Below, piece after piece: positions 13,283-13,295 of a stretch of 13,295 nt of DNA. The notes under the pieces are model-generated. The model made no database searches. It saw only the letters and a program-made list of their open reading frames with translations, and had not been told where the DNA came from. The DNA is from a virus. Within the stretch, counting starts at the first letter, position 1. The number at the start of each line of letters is the position of its first letter. Location: positions 1 to 13,295 of IMG/VR virus record IMGVR_UViG_3300045988_024822. The stretch is one strand, 5' to 3'. The position numbers were made by a program, and so were the translations under genes.

Positions 13283-13295
13283 AAATTGCGGTACT
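13241..13295. repeat. Right inverted terminal repeat (perfect 55 bp; imperfect extension back to 13234)
   Basis: This is the reverse complement of 1-55. Confidence 0.97.

Noticed and set aside
1-13295. Terminal inverted repeats as the ends of a transposon, casposon or pipolin-like pPolB element
   Set aside because: There is no transposase, integrase or Cas1 gene. The interior encodes a full capsid, portal, tail and packaging set. The ITRs sit exactly at the window ends, as expected for a linear TP-capped phage genome.

Overview
The whole window appears to be a complete linear dsDNA genome of a very small phi29-like, protein-primed podophage, shown in reverse orientation. It is bounded by perfect 55-bp inverted terminal repeats (1-55 and 13241-13295; 61/62 identity over 62 bp). 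It carries 16 tightly packed genes, all on the minus strand, most with GGAGG-type ribosome-binding sites and many with overlapping stop/start codons. In transcription order (right to left) the genes are: two small early ORFs (47 aa; 116 aa with a Cys-rich tail), an SSB-like protein, a 76-aa ORFan, a candidate terminal protein, a family-B protein-primed DNA polymerase, and a gp16-like packaging ATPase. Next comes a near-consensus internal promoter followed by a 70-nt structured RNA leader. After that: a small holin-like membrane protein, a 77-aa ORFan, scaffold, gp8-like major capsid protein, terminator, gp9-like tail knob, M23 peptidase with a PGPGPD-repeat linker, gp10-like portal, lower collar, a beta-helix tailspike and a final terminator. 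There are no tRNA or rRNA genes, CRISPR arrays, integrase or transposase. The most notable points are the miniature size for a tailed phage, the fully unidirectional gene layout, and a packaging ATPase translationally coupled to the polymerase. Also notable are the terminal-protein candidate with a phi29-like DSEG/YSEG priming context, M23 as the only recognisable lysin, and the promoter plus structured RNA beside the ATPase gene. Protein family calls rest on motifs read from the ORF translations and compared from memory with phi29 proteins. No database search was run.
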